Virus record (IMG/VR): IMGVR_UViG_3300045988_107225
DNA from: a virus
Direction: 5' to 3' (one strand)
Length of the DNA stretch: 64,000 nucleotides
Positions 9,903 to 19,236 of the stretch are shown here, one piece after another; position 1 is the first letter of the stretch, and the number at the start of each line of letters is the position of its first letter. The translations under genes were made by a program, and so were the position numbers. A model generated the notes under the pieces. The model was not told the DNA's origin. It searched no databases and worked only from the letters and a program-made list of their open reading frames with translations.

Positions 9903-10135
9903 GCATAAAAGTAATAAGATACAGGTTGCCATCTTATTGGGCTTGTCCGTTAATCAATGATGATTACACTGGATTAACGGATGAAGAATGTGAGGAAATC
10001 CAACGCTTCTTGGAAGCAGCAGAAGGTTATCCGGTAGATGTAGACTGGGGAACGCAGGGGTTTTACCGTTGTAATGACGCAGGGACACTCCCCGGAGAGT
10101 GTGCAGATTTTATTTTTCATAAGTGTAATGATTAA
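9899..10135 (+). CDS. hypothetical protein (78 aa)
   Basis: ORF track; ATGA overlap. Confidence 0.5.
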   Translation: MSIKVIRYRLPSYWACPLINDDYTGLTDEECEEIQRFLEAAEGYPVDVDWGTQGFYRCNDAGTLPGECADFIFHKCND

Positions 10136-10146
10136 ACTAAAATAAT

Positions 10147-11043
10147 ATGGAAACTACAAACAAACTGTTTTATTCAGGTACAAAATTCTTTACAGAAAAT
10201 GAAGAAGATTATAGAATAACAGTTAGAATCTCTTTGGATGATGACTGCAAAAATAACATATGCGACTGGAGCATAACAGCCGACGTTGACTGGAAAAACA
10301 AGCATGGAAAATATGAGGATTACTTAGGAGGCTGCTGCCACGATGAAGTCGCAAAACATTTTCCGGAATTAGCGAAATTCATATCGTTGCATCTTTGTAA
10401 CCATTATGGTGCTCCTATGCATCCGGTGGAAAATGGCATATATCACGTTAGAAGAAGTGGTATGTCTGTGGCAATGGAGTATTTGCGTATATCAGAACAA
10501 GAATGCGTAGAATTATATAAAGCCTCTGAGGATAAGTTGTATTTCAGGTATATGCTTTTCAATCTGGGGATCGTGGATAGATGGAAAAGAGAATCAGAAG
10601 AACTTATTGCGGAACTTGAAAAATTGTGTGGTAAGAAGTGGGTTAATCCATATAAGCCGGAAGAAGAAAGATTTGTTTTAACACTAACGGACGAGGAACG
10701 ATCTCTTATTGAAGAGCGTATTGAAGCCGGGCATTATTCCTCAGAAAATATAGAGAAACGCAGAGTGGAAGCCCATAAAGCAAAGATGTTGGAAAAGCGT
10801 GCTGAAATTTGTGAGCGATACGATAAGAAAATCAGACAAGCAGAAGCAGAAAAGAAGATAATGCTCTGTGTGTTTGATTATGGGTTGTCTACCGATAACA
10901 TCATATATTATCCTCATACGAACACTTTATCTTTCAACTGGAACGATTATGGAAGAAAAATCACACAGGAAGAGTTTGTTGATTTTGTGAATAACGTAGA
11001 TCGCTCTCAGTTGCCGGAAGGTATTAAGTTTGAACTTAAATAA
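10147..11043 (+). CDS. hypothetical protein with C-terminal coiled coil (298 aa)
   Basis: ORF track. Confidence 0.6.
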   Translation: METTNKLFYSGTKFFTENEEDYRITVRISLDDDCKNNICDWSITADVDWKNKHGKYEDYLGGCCHDEVAKHFPELAKFISLHLCNHYGAPMHPVENGIYHVRRSGMSVAMEYLRISEQECVELYKASEDKLYFRYMLFNLGIVDRWKRESEELIAELEKLCGKKWVNPYKPEEERFVLTLTDEERSLIEERIEAGHYSSENIEKRRVEAHKAKMLEKRAEICERYDKKIRQAEAEKKIMLCVFDYGLSTDNIIYYPHTNTLSFNWNDYGRKITQEEFVDFVNNVDRSQLPEGIKFELK

Positions 11044-11344
11044 AATACAGGATATGGAAAGATTGAATTTTGAAACATTGTTTCGTATCGTAAGATGGGA
11101 TTACAACCGTTGTTTCAAGGATGAGTCGTTAGACAAGGATTTGTTTATGGGAAAATACGGGAAAGTTATGGGTGAACATTATTATAACAAGTTTATCCAT
11201 GAATTTGACGGGAATATCCTGAAGATGATTGGTTACTTCAGAGGTTCCGAAAAAGAGGGGCAAGTCTTCTGCGATATGATAACCGAACGTATTGAAAAAT
11301 ACGAAAAGAGAATGTCATATGATAAAGGTAAGTTAAACAATTAA
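11030..11344 (+). CDS. hypothetical protein (104 aa)
   Basis: ORF track. Confidence 0.5.
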   Translation: MNLNKIQDMERLNFETLFRIVRWDYNRCFKDESLDKDLFMGKYGKVMGEHYYNKFIHEFDGNILKMIGYFRGSEKEGQVFCDMITERIEKYEKRMSYDKGKLNN

Positions 11345-11356
11345 AAAGATACTTAT

Positions 11357-12421
11357 ATGAACAATTCAATGGTCGCTCACTTGTGGGCAAACGAAAAGCA
11401 AGAATCAGCGAATGGTAGTAACTTCTATTTTGAAGGAGAAAGTATTTACTCCTATGGAAGACATTTTGAGGTCGGAAGAATCGTGCGAAACAAGCGTGGG
11501 GAAAAGGCGTATTTGATTAATGACATATATTATTCTTCTTCTACAAGCAAACATCAATGTCGTGTTCGTGAAGCAATACCAACTGGCTCAAAGGTGTTCT
11601 ATGTTGAATGTAATATATCATATTGTATCGGTAACATGCTCTTTGTTACCAATATGTTGGAATATATTAAAGATGCTATTGAAAAATACAAGGGAGCCAG
11701 AACCGAATTGTCTTATCGGGATGTTTGGGGAGCTTTTAAAAATATGATGGATTACATTGAGTTCTTCGATATGGGGACTTCCCAGCGTCTTCTTAAAAAG
11801 AGCGCAAACGAATGGCTTGGAACTAACCATGAATTATCACAGAAATCAGATAAGATTAAACGTGAACATGTCCGTGAGTTGAAACGTATTTTCCAGATAT
11901 TGTTGAATCATAAAGCACTGGAAGTCCTTGGAACCGTTAATGTGATTGTAGATGAAGTTTGTGGTGAAGGAACTTATTTGAAATATCGGGAAAGAGTTGA
12001 AAAATATAGAATAAATATAGAAACAAAACGGGAAAAAAAACGAAGGGCAAGGGAAGAAGAATTAGATAAATTTCGTAAGGATTTTTATGAAAGATTAGAA
12101 AAATGGAAGTCGGGAGAACTTAATTTCTTGCATTCATATTATTTTATTGATTGTGCTGACGTAAATGCTTGGATGCGTATAAAAGGAGGAATTATTGAAA
12201 CGAGCAAACAAATAAAAATCGGGATAGAAGAAGCCAGAAGGATGTGGCAGGTGGTGTCGCTGTTGCACCGGGGAGGCCAGTTCCGGCATGGCCTGGTAGA
12301 GGACGTGGATGGCAATAAGTGGAGCATAAACCGGTATGAAAACGATATACTGACAGCCGGATGTCATCGTATTGCGTATAGTGAGATGGAAAGTATTGCA
12401 AAGCAACTGGGATGGGCGTAA
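11357..12421 (+). CDS. hypothetical protein (354 aa)
   Basis: ORF track; GC-rich patch near the C-terminus (12240-12310). Confidence 0.6.
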   Translation: MNNSMVAHLWANEKQESANGSNFYFEGESIYSYGRHFEVGRIVRNKRGEKAYLINDIYYSSSTSKHQCRVREAIPTGSKVFYVECNISYCIGNMLFVTNMLEYIKDAIEKYKGARTELSYRDVWGAFKNMMDYIEFFDMGTSQRLLKKSANEWLGTNHELSQKSDKIKREHVRELKRIFQILLNHKALEVLGTVNVIVDEVCGEGTYLKYRERVEKYRINIETKREKKRRAREEELDKFRKDFYERLEKWKSGELNFLHSYYFIDCADVNAWMRIKGGIIETSKQIKIGIEEARRMWQVVSLLHRGGQFRHGLVEDVDGNKWSINRYENDILTAGCHRIAYSEMESIAKQLGWA

Positions 12422-12462
12422 GTAACCCATCTTATTTTATAACAACTAAAAACAAGAAAAAT

Positions 12463-13203
12463 ATGGAAAATGCAATTATTGTTCCGTTTGATTTAAATAC
12501 GGCGAGAAAAATTAAAAGCGGAGAAATAGAAGGTTCGGTATTAATTGATAATATTGAAATAGAATTTGTATATGAGTCGAAAGACTGTGCAGGTCCTTAT
12601 AATTTGCTTTTTGTAAAAAAAGATGGATATGGGATAAGTGCTATATATGCCAACACGGAAGGTTGTATTATTGGCGGCACCACTCTGGAATTGAGGGTAG
12701 AGGCTGGAGCGTATTTTAAGAAAGGAGATGTATTAACAAGCACTAAAGGATGTCAATTTATATATGATGGACTTATTACCAAAGGGGTAATGGGAAGTAT
12801 ATGTGGAATGGTAACATCTGGAGATATTGAGTTTGATCATAGCGGATTATGGACTGATGTGTATGATGAAGATAAAAAACGGCATGTAAGAAAGGCTATA
12901 GAAGAAGAGAAGAAATTTTTAGCAGAAAAGATTATAAAAGCCGAAGACAGTAGAAAAATAGATATAATAAAACGATATTTAAGTAAATATGAGTATCTAT
13001 TAGATGAGATGCCGAAACGTGACTTCAAACCATTTGAACGAGTGCTGGTGAGAAGAACTAACCAAGAGAGGTGGAAATTGCATCTATTTTCCAGAGAATC
13101 AGTAGGAGATAATAAATACGAATGCTTGGGAGGGGTAGGATTTAGTCAGTGTATCCCATACGAAGGGAACGAACATCTTTTAGGAACCAATAAAAACAAA
13201 TAA
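12463..13203 (+). CDS. hypothetical protein, tandem paralog A (246 aa)
   Basis: In-frame ATG at 12463 gives the same length as the downstream paralog; shared N-terminal (PFDLxTAxKI) and C-terminal (DFKPFxxVLVR ... CLLGT) blocks. Confidence 0.55.
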   Translation: MENAIIVPFDLNTARKIKSGEIEGSVLIDNIEIEFVYESKDCAGPYNLLFVKKDGYGISAIYANTEGCIIGGTTLELRVEAGAYFKKGDVLTSTKGCQFIYDGLITKGVMGSICGMVTSGDIEFDHSGLWTDVYDEDKKRHVRKAIEEEKKFLAEKIIKAEDSRKIDIIKRYLSKYEYLLDEMPKRDFKPFERVLVRRTNQERWKLHLFSRESVGDNKYECLGGVGFSQCIPYEGNEHLLGTNKNK

Positions 13204-13207
13204 GATT

Positions 13208-13945
13208 ATGGAATATAAAATGGTAACAATCCCGTTTGATTTAGAAACGGCGAAAAAAATAAACATAGGGGAAAGAGTAGGTCAGATTGTGACAGAGAAA
13301 GGACGAAATAGAGCAGAAATAGTATATGAAGACAATTCGTCAATTTGTCCGTTATTGGTTGTAATTCATTCTATTTCTGTATCGGCAGATTGGTTTTCTG
13401 CTACAGGAAAAGCATTTAGCAGCGAAAATCGCCTCCTTCTTGAAGTCCCGGAATATACTACATTTAAAGATGGAGATGTGTTAAGCAACAAAGATGGAAG
13501 TTATATTTTTATTTTAAATACGCATGGGAAATATTTAACATCTTTTTATGCGAGTCTTGCAGCGGGAAAAAGTCTTAATATATCGGATAATTTGGCTGCA
13601 CACGAAAACCACATAGAATGTTATAGACTTGCAACAGATTCGGAAAAACAGAAGATGATTAAAGCGTTAAAGAAAAGCGAAAATCCTAAAGCAAAAGAAT
13701 ATCTGAAACGCTTCTTCTGGATTAAAGAAGAGCCGAAATATGATTTTAAGCCGTTTGACAAAGTGCTGGTAAGAAAAGAAGGAAATAAAAAATGGAATAT
13801 CAGTTTGTTTGCAAGGGAAATTGTGGACGATTATAATGGATTGCCTTATAAGTACGAATGTTCCAATGGAACATTATGGGATTATTGTATTCATTTTGAG
13901 GGTAATGAATGTCTTTTAGGAACTACTGAAAATCCAGAAAAATGA
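13208..13945 (+). CDS. hypothetical protein, tandem paralog B (245 aa)
   Basis: ORF track; paralogous to 12463-13203. Confidence 0.6.
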   Translation: MEYKMVTIPFDLETAKKINIGERVGQIVTEKGRNRAEIVYEDNSSICPLLVVIHSISVSADWFSATGKAFSSENRLLLEVPEYTTFKDGDVLSNKDGSYIFILNTHGKYLTSFYASLAAGKSLNISDNLAAHENHIECYRLATDSEKQKMIKALKKSENPKAKEYLKRFFWIKEEPKYDFKPFDKVLVRKEGNKKWNISLFAREIVDDYNGLPYKYECSNGTLWDYCIHFEGNECLLGTTENPEK

Positions 13946-14388
13946 AAATGGTAAAATTATCTGATTTTTATCCTTATGACAGAAACAAAGGAGGAATACA
14001 GGAATTGCATCATAAAATTGAGTCCAAAACACTTCAGTATTGGGGTGAAGATAGTGGTATTCTGATCGGCATCACTCCGATATATAAGAGACGTTTGTGG
14101 AGCGAAGAAGTGAAAGTTGTAAATGATAAAATGACAAATATGAAAACAAGAACATACGAAGGGGTGCAGCACGGAGACTGGGTAAGATGTGTCTTATGTG
14201 GAGCACAAATGCTTCTTCCATGTGGAGCTGACAAATGCCCAGAATGTAGCAGTAAAGATACTTTAATGTGGGTAGATGAGAATAGGCAAGAAATGGACGC
14301 TAAACATCTGGATTGTCTTGTCCCAATACGCAAATTGGAGTTACAAGAATATCTATCCCCAGAAATTTTGAAAATGGAACATATATGA
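13942..14388 (+). CDS. zinc-ribbon protein (148 aa)
   Basis: ORF track; CVLCG ... CPECS. Confidence 0.55.
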   Translation: MKMVKLSDFYPYDRNKGGIQELHHKIESKTLQYWGEDSGILIGITPIYKRRLWSEEVKVVNDKMTNMKTRTYEGVQHGDWVRCVLCGAQMLLPCGADKCPECSSKDTLMWVDENRQEMDAKHLDCLVPIRKLELQEYLSPEILKMEHI

Positions 14389-14684
14389 AAATAGAATACA
14401 TACAAAAATGTAAATGCGGCGCAGTCACTATCAGCTTTGATAATGGTGCTTCGAATAGCATGTTTTGGGAAACATTTGAAAAATTGGATTTGGATGCTGG
14501 TGATGCCACATGGCTTCACCAGTCCTGCTGCTGCAACCACTGCGTCAACCATTGGGGAATAGACTTATGCGAGTGTGGGTCCGGCGCAAGAGTTGGTGAA
14601 TGTGAATGTGGATCCCAAAAGGCACATGATACATTAGGGATTAAATATGATTCGTTTGGAGCAATATTAAAAAACTTTGGATAA
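14385..14684 (+). CDS. cysteine-rich hypothetical protein (99 aa)
   Basis: In-frame ATG at 14385 overlapping the upstream stop (ATGA) preferred over the track start 14313; CCCNHC ... CECGSGARVGECEC. Confidence 0.5.
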   Translation: MKIEYIQKCKCGAVTISFDNGASNSMFWETFEKLDLDAGDATWLHQSCCCNHCVNHWGIDLCECGSGARVGECECGSQKAHDTLGIKYDSFGAILKNFG

Positions 14685-15160
14685 TGGATATAGTGAGCAA
14701 ATACACCGCCTTGTTAGGACAACAGAAACTAAAAGAATCATTTGTGAAAGATTTGGAGCTTGTATTATCAAGAAAAGATCCTAATATAGAAAAAGGGAAA
14801 CTTAATTTCATTCGTTATTCAGAAATGAAAAATTGGAGTGTAAGAGAGTTGTTTGGTGAAGACTTGGAACAAGCTGATAGGGCTTTAATAAACAAGGTGT
14901 ATCATATGCTATTTGATATAGGTTCGGATTTTGAATCGGTTATAAGAATGCTATATAGCTTTCGTAACGGACCTAAATCGGGGATAAAAGTGGCGGATCC
15001 AGAGGATAATTACGAATGGACTAACAAGGACGGAAATGAAAAATATTCTACTAAAAATCTCCCAAAAGCGCATTTTAGATGGGATTGGAGAAGATATACC
15101 TTATCAAAAGAATCCGTTGATAAAATAACGGAGTTTGTAGACACCATATTAAAATCATAG
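14684..15160 (+). CDS. hypothetical protein (158 aa)
   Basis: ORF track. Confidence 0.55.
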   Translation: MDIVSKYTALLGQQKLKESFVKDLELVLSRKDPNIEKGKLNFIRYSEMKNWSVRELFGEDLEQADRALINKVYHMLFDIGSDFESVIRMLYSFRNGPKSGIKVADPEDNYEWTNKDGNEKYSTKNLPKAHFRWDWRRYTLSKESVDKITEFVDTILKS

Positions 15161-15167
15161 AGAAATT

Positions 15168-15422
15168 ATGAACGAAGTAATTTTAAGCAACATGTTAGGA
15201 TGTCAGACATATTGTATATCAGACAGTCCTTCGAATAGATACTGTCTTATTGGACCTATTGAGTGCAATGAGAAGTTAATAGAAGTGTTTAAGAAGGGGA
15301 TAATGGTAAAACTCAAATACGTGGAAAAACGAGTCCTGGATACATTTACGGACAACGGAATCGACCTGAGTAATTACACTCATTGTATTATTGTGAAGCG
15401 GAATTTTTATCTCGCTTGGTAA
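15168..15422 (+). CDS. hypothetical protein (84 aa)
   Basis: ORF track. Confidence 0.5.
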   Translation: MNEVILSNMLGCQTYCISDSPSNRYCLIGPIECNEKLIEVFKKGIMVKLKYVEKRVLDTFTDNGIDLSNYTHCIIVKRNFYLAW

Positions 15423-15440
15423 CGGCAAAACATAAACGAT

Positions 15441-16103
15441 ATGAATAATTTTGTAATAGATACTCCAGATAATTTCTGGCAAATAAGATGGCTTGACAAG
15501 TATATGGAAGGTCACAAAGGGTTCATAGCTGGTGGATGTTTTAAGAATATCCTTTCCGGAGAAAAGGTAAAAGATATTGATATTTTCTTTGAAAGCGAAA
15601 GCGATTTTCAGGAAGCTGTTGATTTGTTCAATGATGAAAAACATCAGAAAGAAGGATGGAAATTTAAGTATAGGAATGAGAAGGTATGCGCATTCCAGAA
15701 AGAGGGAGAAAAGGTATGGGTAGAGTTCATAGAGTCAGAGTTCGGAAAGCCAGAAGAGATTCTCAGGAGCTTCGACTTTACTGTGGCAAAAATGGCCTAC
15801 TATAAGGAGCCTAAATACGAAGAAAAGGAAGATGATTATTTTCCATTCTCATCTGCAAGTATAGTAGCATACGAGTACAAACTACTCTATCATGAGAAAT
15901 TCTTCGAACATCTTCATATGAAGAGGCTGGTTATTGACGAAAATATCCCTTTTCCAGTAAGTACATGGGAAAGGTCATATAAGTATAAGGGGTATGGTTA
16001 CAATATGTGTAGGGAGACAAAGAAAAAACTTCTACAGGCTCTTAAAGGTGTAAATGTAGAGGAGGAAGATGTATCTTTGTACACTACTGGAGGATGGGAT
16101 TAA
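15441..16103 (+). CDS. Pol-beta superfamily nucleotidyltransferase, CCA-adding/poly(A)-polymerase-like head domain
   Basis: IAGGCFKNILSGEKVKDIDIFF matches the class II CCA-enzyme GGxVRDxLLG-x3-KDIDI motif; FDFTVAKMA matches motif B RRDFTINAMA. Confidence 0.6.
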   Translation: MNNFVIDTPDNFWQIRWLDKYMEGHKGFIAGGCFKNILSGEKVKDIDIFFESESDFQEAVDLFNDEKHQKEGWKFKYRNEKVCAFQKEGEKVWVEFIESEFGKPEEILRSFDFTVAKMAYYKEPKYEEKEDDYFPFSSASIVAYEYKLLYHEKFFEHLHMKRLVIDENIPFPVSTWERSYKYKGYGYNMCRETKKKLLQALKGVNVEEEDVSLYTTGGWD

Positions 16104-16561
16104 CCTATAAAACAAAATTGCTTATGAAAACATTAGAACAACTTAAAGAATTAACATCAAAATGTTTAGACGGTAGAGATTTTAACAGACTGGCTAAATT
16201 TATCCCATATAACATGATAAAGGATTTCGGTATGGAGCCGAACGAAGAATACAATAACGAAGAAAGGTGGAACAGTACTGTAGTTGAATTTACCAGGGAG
16301 AATGTTTTGAAACAGCTTGAAGAAGATGTAAGATTCGGTTTTGAAAAGGCATTAAATCAGAGAGGAATATCAGCCAGTTTAATGTTTGAATGTGTAATGA
16401 TGTGGAACTACATCCTGGAAGAAGGTCTTGAAGACTGGGATGAGGATGATTATGGATTTTACGGGCTACCTCTATTTAAAGCTACGGCTGTAAAATACGG
16501 ATGGGATAATCCTATAGGGGAAGACAGCGGGAGAGAAAGAAAATATGATTCACAGTATTAA
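16094..16561 (+). CDS. hypothetical protein (155 aa)
   Basis: ORF track. Confidence 0.5.
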   Translation: MGLTYKTKLLMKTLEQLKELTSKCLDGRDFNRLAKFIPYNMIKDFGMEPNEEYNNEERWNSTVVEFTRENVLKQLEEDVRFGFEKALNQRGISASLMFECVMMWNYILEEGLEDWDEDDYGFYGLPLFKATAVKYGWDNPIGEDSGRERKYDSQY

Positions 16562-16572
16562 ATGGGCATATC

Positions 16573-17427
16573 ATGAGCACAAGTAAAGAATACAGGGCAG
16601 TAAGGAACTGTATATTAAATGAACTTCACCTTACCAAAGAAGATATAATCAAAAACATAGAGCCGTTATTGGAGAAACACGTAAAACGGTACATGGTTAA
16701 TACATATGGAGGTGACAACCAGATAGAAAACTGGATCAGATGCATGGTGAATGATGAACTCAAACGAAGAGATCATGATTTTGTAAGAAAAGCGTGCGAG
16801 AGCGTCATCAGGAATCATGTATTAAATGAGTTGAATATAATCGTAAGATCCAAAAGTGAGAAATGTACATGTGAAAACAGAGTACCATCCGAAGAGGATA
16901 AGAAAGAGTCAACTGACGGACTGTATATAATCTACAAAGACGGACATGCAGAGCCGTTTACCGGCGATAACTCCAAAGATTGTGTACGATACATTGGGTT
17001 GAAGCACAGATACATGTCATTTGCAATCTCACTGACGGAGCATGATATCATACAATTGCTTGACGATGATAGCCGTGAAGAATCCGGAAGTGGGACATAT
17101 TACGAACGTGAATGTGATGCGCTGTTTGACATTGACGGACGCGGCAATACGGAACGCCTTGTAACCAGAAATCCAAAATTGAGAAATCTGCTGGAAGATG
17201 GCGAGTATATACCATCTCTTGGTCAATTAAATTTAATGGCCCATTATATGGACGAACTAAACAAAGCATTCACTTATGTTTCGGCATCTCCCCTCTCCTC
17301 GACGTGGTATTGGTCCAGTACTGAGAGCAGCCAGGCCGTCGCGTGGTACGTGGTCTTTTCCAGTGGCCTCACGGGCACCGGCAACAAGCACATCGGAGAC
17401 ATGGTTCGGGCGGTAATTGATTTTTAA
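16573..17427 (+). CDS. DUF1566 / C-type-lectin-like protein with DGR-type variable C-terminus
   Basis: C-terminus GEYIPSLGQL ... WYWSSTESSQAVAWYVVFSSGLTGTGNKHIGDMVRAVIDF follows the DUF1566/FGE-like target pattern (WRLPT ... YWSST ... AWYVxF..G ... VRCV); this segment is GC- and GC3-rich and A-poor. Confidence 0.6.
   Translation: MSTSKEYRAVRNCILNELHLTKEDIIKNIEPLLEKHVKRYMVNTYGGDNQIENWIRCMVNDELKRRDHDFVRKACESVIRNHVLNELNIIVRSKSEKCTCENRVPSEEDKKESTDGLYIIYKDGHAEPFTGDNSKDCVRYIGLKHRYMSFAISLTEHDIIQLLDDDSREESGSGTYYERECDALFDIDGRGNTERLVTRNPKLRNLLEDGEYIPSLGQLNLMAHYMDELNKAFTYVSASPLSSTWYWSSTESSQAVAWYVVFSSGLTGTGNKHIGDMVRAVIDF
17281..17418 (+). other. candidate DGR variable region (VR) at the 3' end of gene 16573-17427
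   Basis: Protein pattern YWSSTE ... AWYVxF..G ... VRAV; adenine-poor and GC3-rich unlike the surrounding gene; no TR copy or RT found in the window. Confidence 0.5.
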
Positions 17428-17438
17428 AAAGGATTACA

Positions 17439-18236
17439 ATGATAACATCAGTAAAAATAAAAGACAATACAAAAACTCCTTTTGAATATGCTTCTGACAT
17501 AGAAGCGTTTGAAAATAGTAGAGAATTTATTTTCAAGCCAGGAGTGAATGTGATTGTAGGTAAAAACGGTAGTGGAAAATCAACTTTGCTTAACATCATA
17601 TCAATGTATGCGTTATGTGAGAAATCCATGTGCTCTGAAATACCGATCGAGGCACTGGATTTTCCACCTATATTTGATGATGATGACAAGGTTCTTGATG
17701 GGATTGACATATCATCCGATTATGCAGGGAAAGTATTCCGTTTATTGCCATCGGCGGAGATGAATCGAGATAGTGTATTGAAAAACATCAGCAACTTAGA
17801 TTTGTATGTGAATAATATTAGAAGATCTTATGGAGAGAAAGTGGTGTTATCATTGGAATCACTTTTCAATTTAATGTTCGGTCAAAAGGATTATACGTTT
17901 CCAATACAAGATCTTGTAGAATACAAGAAAAAATCAAATGCGTTTTGGATTAAAAGGATTGATAATCTGTTGAAGTATTATAAAAGAAACCGCATAACAT
18001 TAACAGAAAGCAGTTTTGAATACACGGTTCTCATGGATGAGCCAGACAGGAATCTTGATATTGACAACATAATGCAGATTTACAATGTATTGTCATTTCA
18101 TAAACCACAAACACAAATTATAGCCATAATACACAATCCGGCATTGATTTACAAATTAAGTAAATTAGATTGTGTGAATTTCATAGAGATGACAGAAGGG
18201 TATCTTAATAAAACTTGTACATTTGTGTCTAACTAA
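17439..18236 (+). CDS. ABC-type ATPase (Walker A GKNGSGKST, Walker B VLMDEPDRNLD, H-loop)
   Basis: Motifs read directly; 265 aa, with no obvious nuclease or Toprim partner domain. Confidence 0.65.
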   Translation: MITSVKIKDNTKTPFEYASDIEAFENSREFIFKPGVNVIVGKNGSGKSTLLNIISMYALCEKSMCSEIPIEALDFPPIFDDDDKVLDGIDISSDYAGKVFRLLPSAEMNRDSVLKNISNLDLYVNNIRRSYGEKVVLSLESLFNLMFGQKDYTFPIQDLVEYKKKSNAFWIKRIDNLLKYYKRNRITLTESSFEYTVLMDEPDRNLDIDNIMQIYNVLSFHKPQTQIIAIIHNPALIYKLSKLDCVNFIEMTEGYLNKTCTFVSN

Positions 18237-18247
18237 TTAAAGGCGAG

Positions 18248-18556
18248 ATGAACTGGAAGAAATTCAAAGAGGAAAAACCTCCAGAGGGAGAAGAAGTGTT
18301 GGCCTATCACCCAAGTTGGATAGATGAAGATTTCAACCCAAGAGGTATAAGAATAGGGTTTTGGAATGGAGGGGACGATTTTAAATCGGCTCATTGGTGG
18401 GATTATCAAGATTGTTATATCACAATCTCTCATTGTGATTGTGATGATAATTCGCTTTTCAGTGATAGAATAAAAAACAGCATAGAGCCAGAGTTATGGA
18501 TATCACTTGATGTTGTTACAAATTACTTACCTAACATAAAACAAAATCACTTATAA
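18248..18556 (+). CDS. DUF551-like phage protein (102 aa)
   Basis: N-terminus WKKFKEEKPPEGEEVLAY and HWWDY near the middle resemble the DUF551 pattern (W..V.DRLPE.GE.VLV ... THWMPLP). Confidence 0.45.
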   Translation: MNWKKFKEEKPPEGEEVLAYHPSWIDEDFNPRGIRIGFWNGGDDFKSAHWWDYQDCYITISHCDCDDNSLFSDRIKNSIEPELWISLDVVTNYLPNIKQNHL

Positions 18557-18558
18557 CA

Positions 18559-18942
18559 ATGAGCTATTTTATATTAATGGGAAGAAGAATCCCAAAACAA
18601 GCCATAACAGGCTTCAAGTTCCAAAATGAAACAGATAACATTCGTCCTTTCCTGTCAATCAGGATAAGAGGGAAGGAGGAAATTATACCCTTTAAAGATA
18701 AAAGGGAAATACTGTCCGTGAAAGCGCATCTGTGTTCTGTCTTCTCTGGGTTTGTGAAAATAGGCGACTGGTATCTCAAGATGTCGGAGGTTAAGGAATA
18801 TAAGCCGGTGACTGCCGAAGACATGAACCCCTACATCTTATTCAAAACATCTAAGTTCGGGAACATAAAAGTTCGTTTTCTAAAAGACGAAGATATGGAT
18901 GCCGAATTGTTGGTGTTAGATCAGCTTTTTGATGTAGAATAA
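18559..18942 (+). CDS. hypothetical protein (127 aa)
   Basis: ORF track. Confidence 0.5.
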   Translation: MSYFILMGRRIPKQAITGFKFQNETDNIRPFLSIRIRGKEEIIPFKDKREILSVKAHLCSVFSGFVKIGDWYLKMSEVKEYKPVTAEDMNPYILFKTSKFGNIKVRFLKDEDMDAELLVLDQLFDVE

Positions 18943-18981
18943 ACTATTAATCATCTTTTAAAAATCATAACCTGGAAAGAA

Positions 18982-19218
18982 TTGAAAGACAAAATATCCC
19001 TTATGATGGAAGAAGAGCAACGACAAGAAGTTGCAGTATGGGGAGAAAATATGAATCTAATGAAAGATTGTTCCTTGGAGAAAACAGACGAGGATATGTA
19101 CTACAACTCTGAATGGGATTATACTCGTGAAGAAAGTGAATTGGAACCGGAAGACAAGAATGACCCTGATGTACATAGGGTATATGAAGCAGGAATGCAT
19201 TATATTTATTCGAATTGA
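18982..19218 (+). CDS. hypothetical acidic protein (78 aa)
   Basis: ORF track. Confidence 0.45.
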   Translation: MKDKISLMMEEEQRQEVAVWGENMNLMKDCSLEKTDEDMYYNSEWDYTREESELEPEDKNDPDVHRVYEAGMHYIYSN

Positions 19219-19236
19219 TTTCAAAAAGATCTTATT

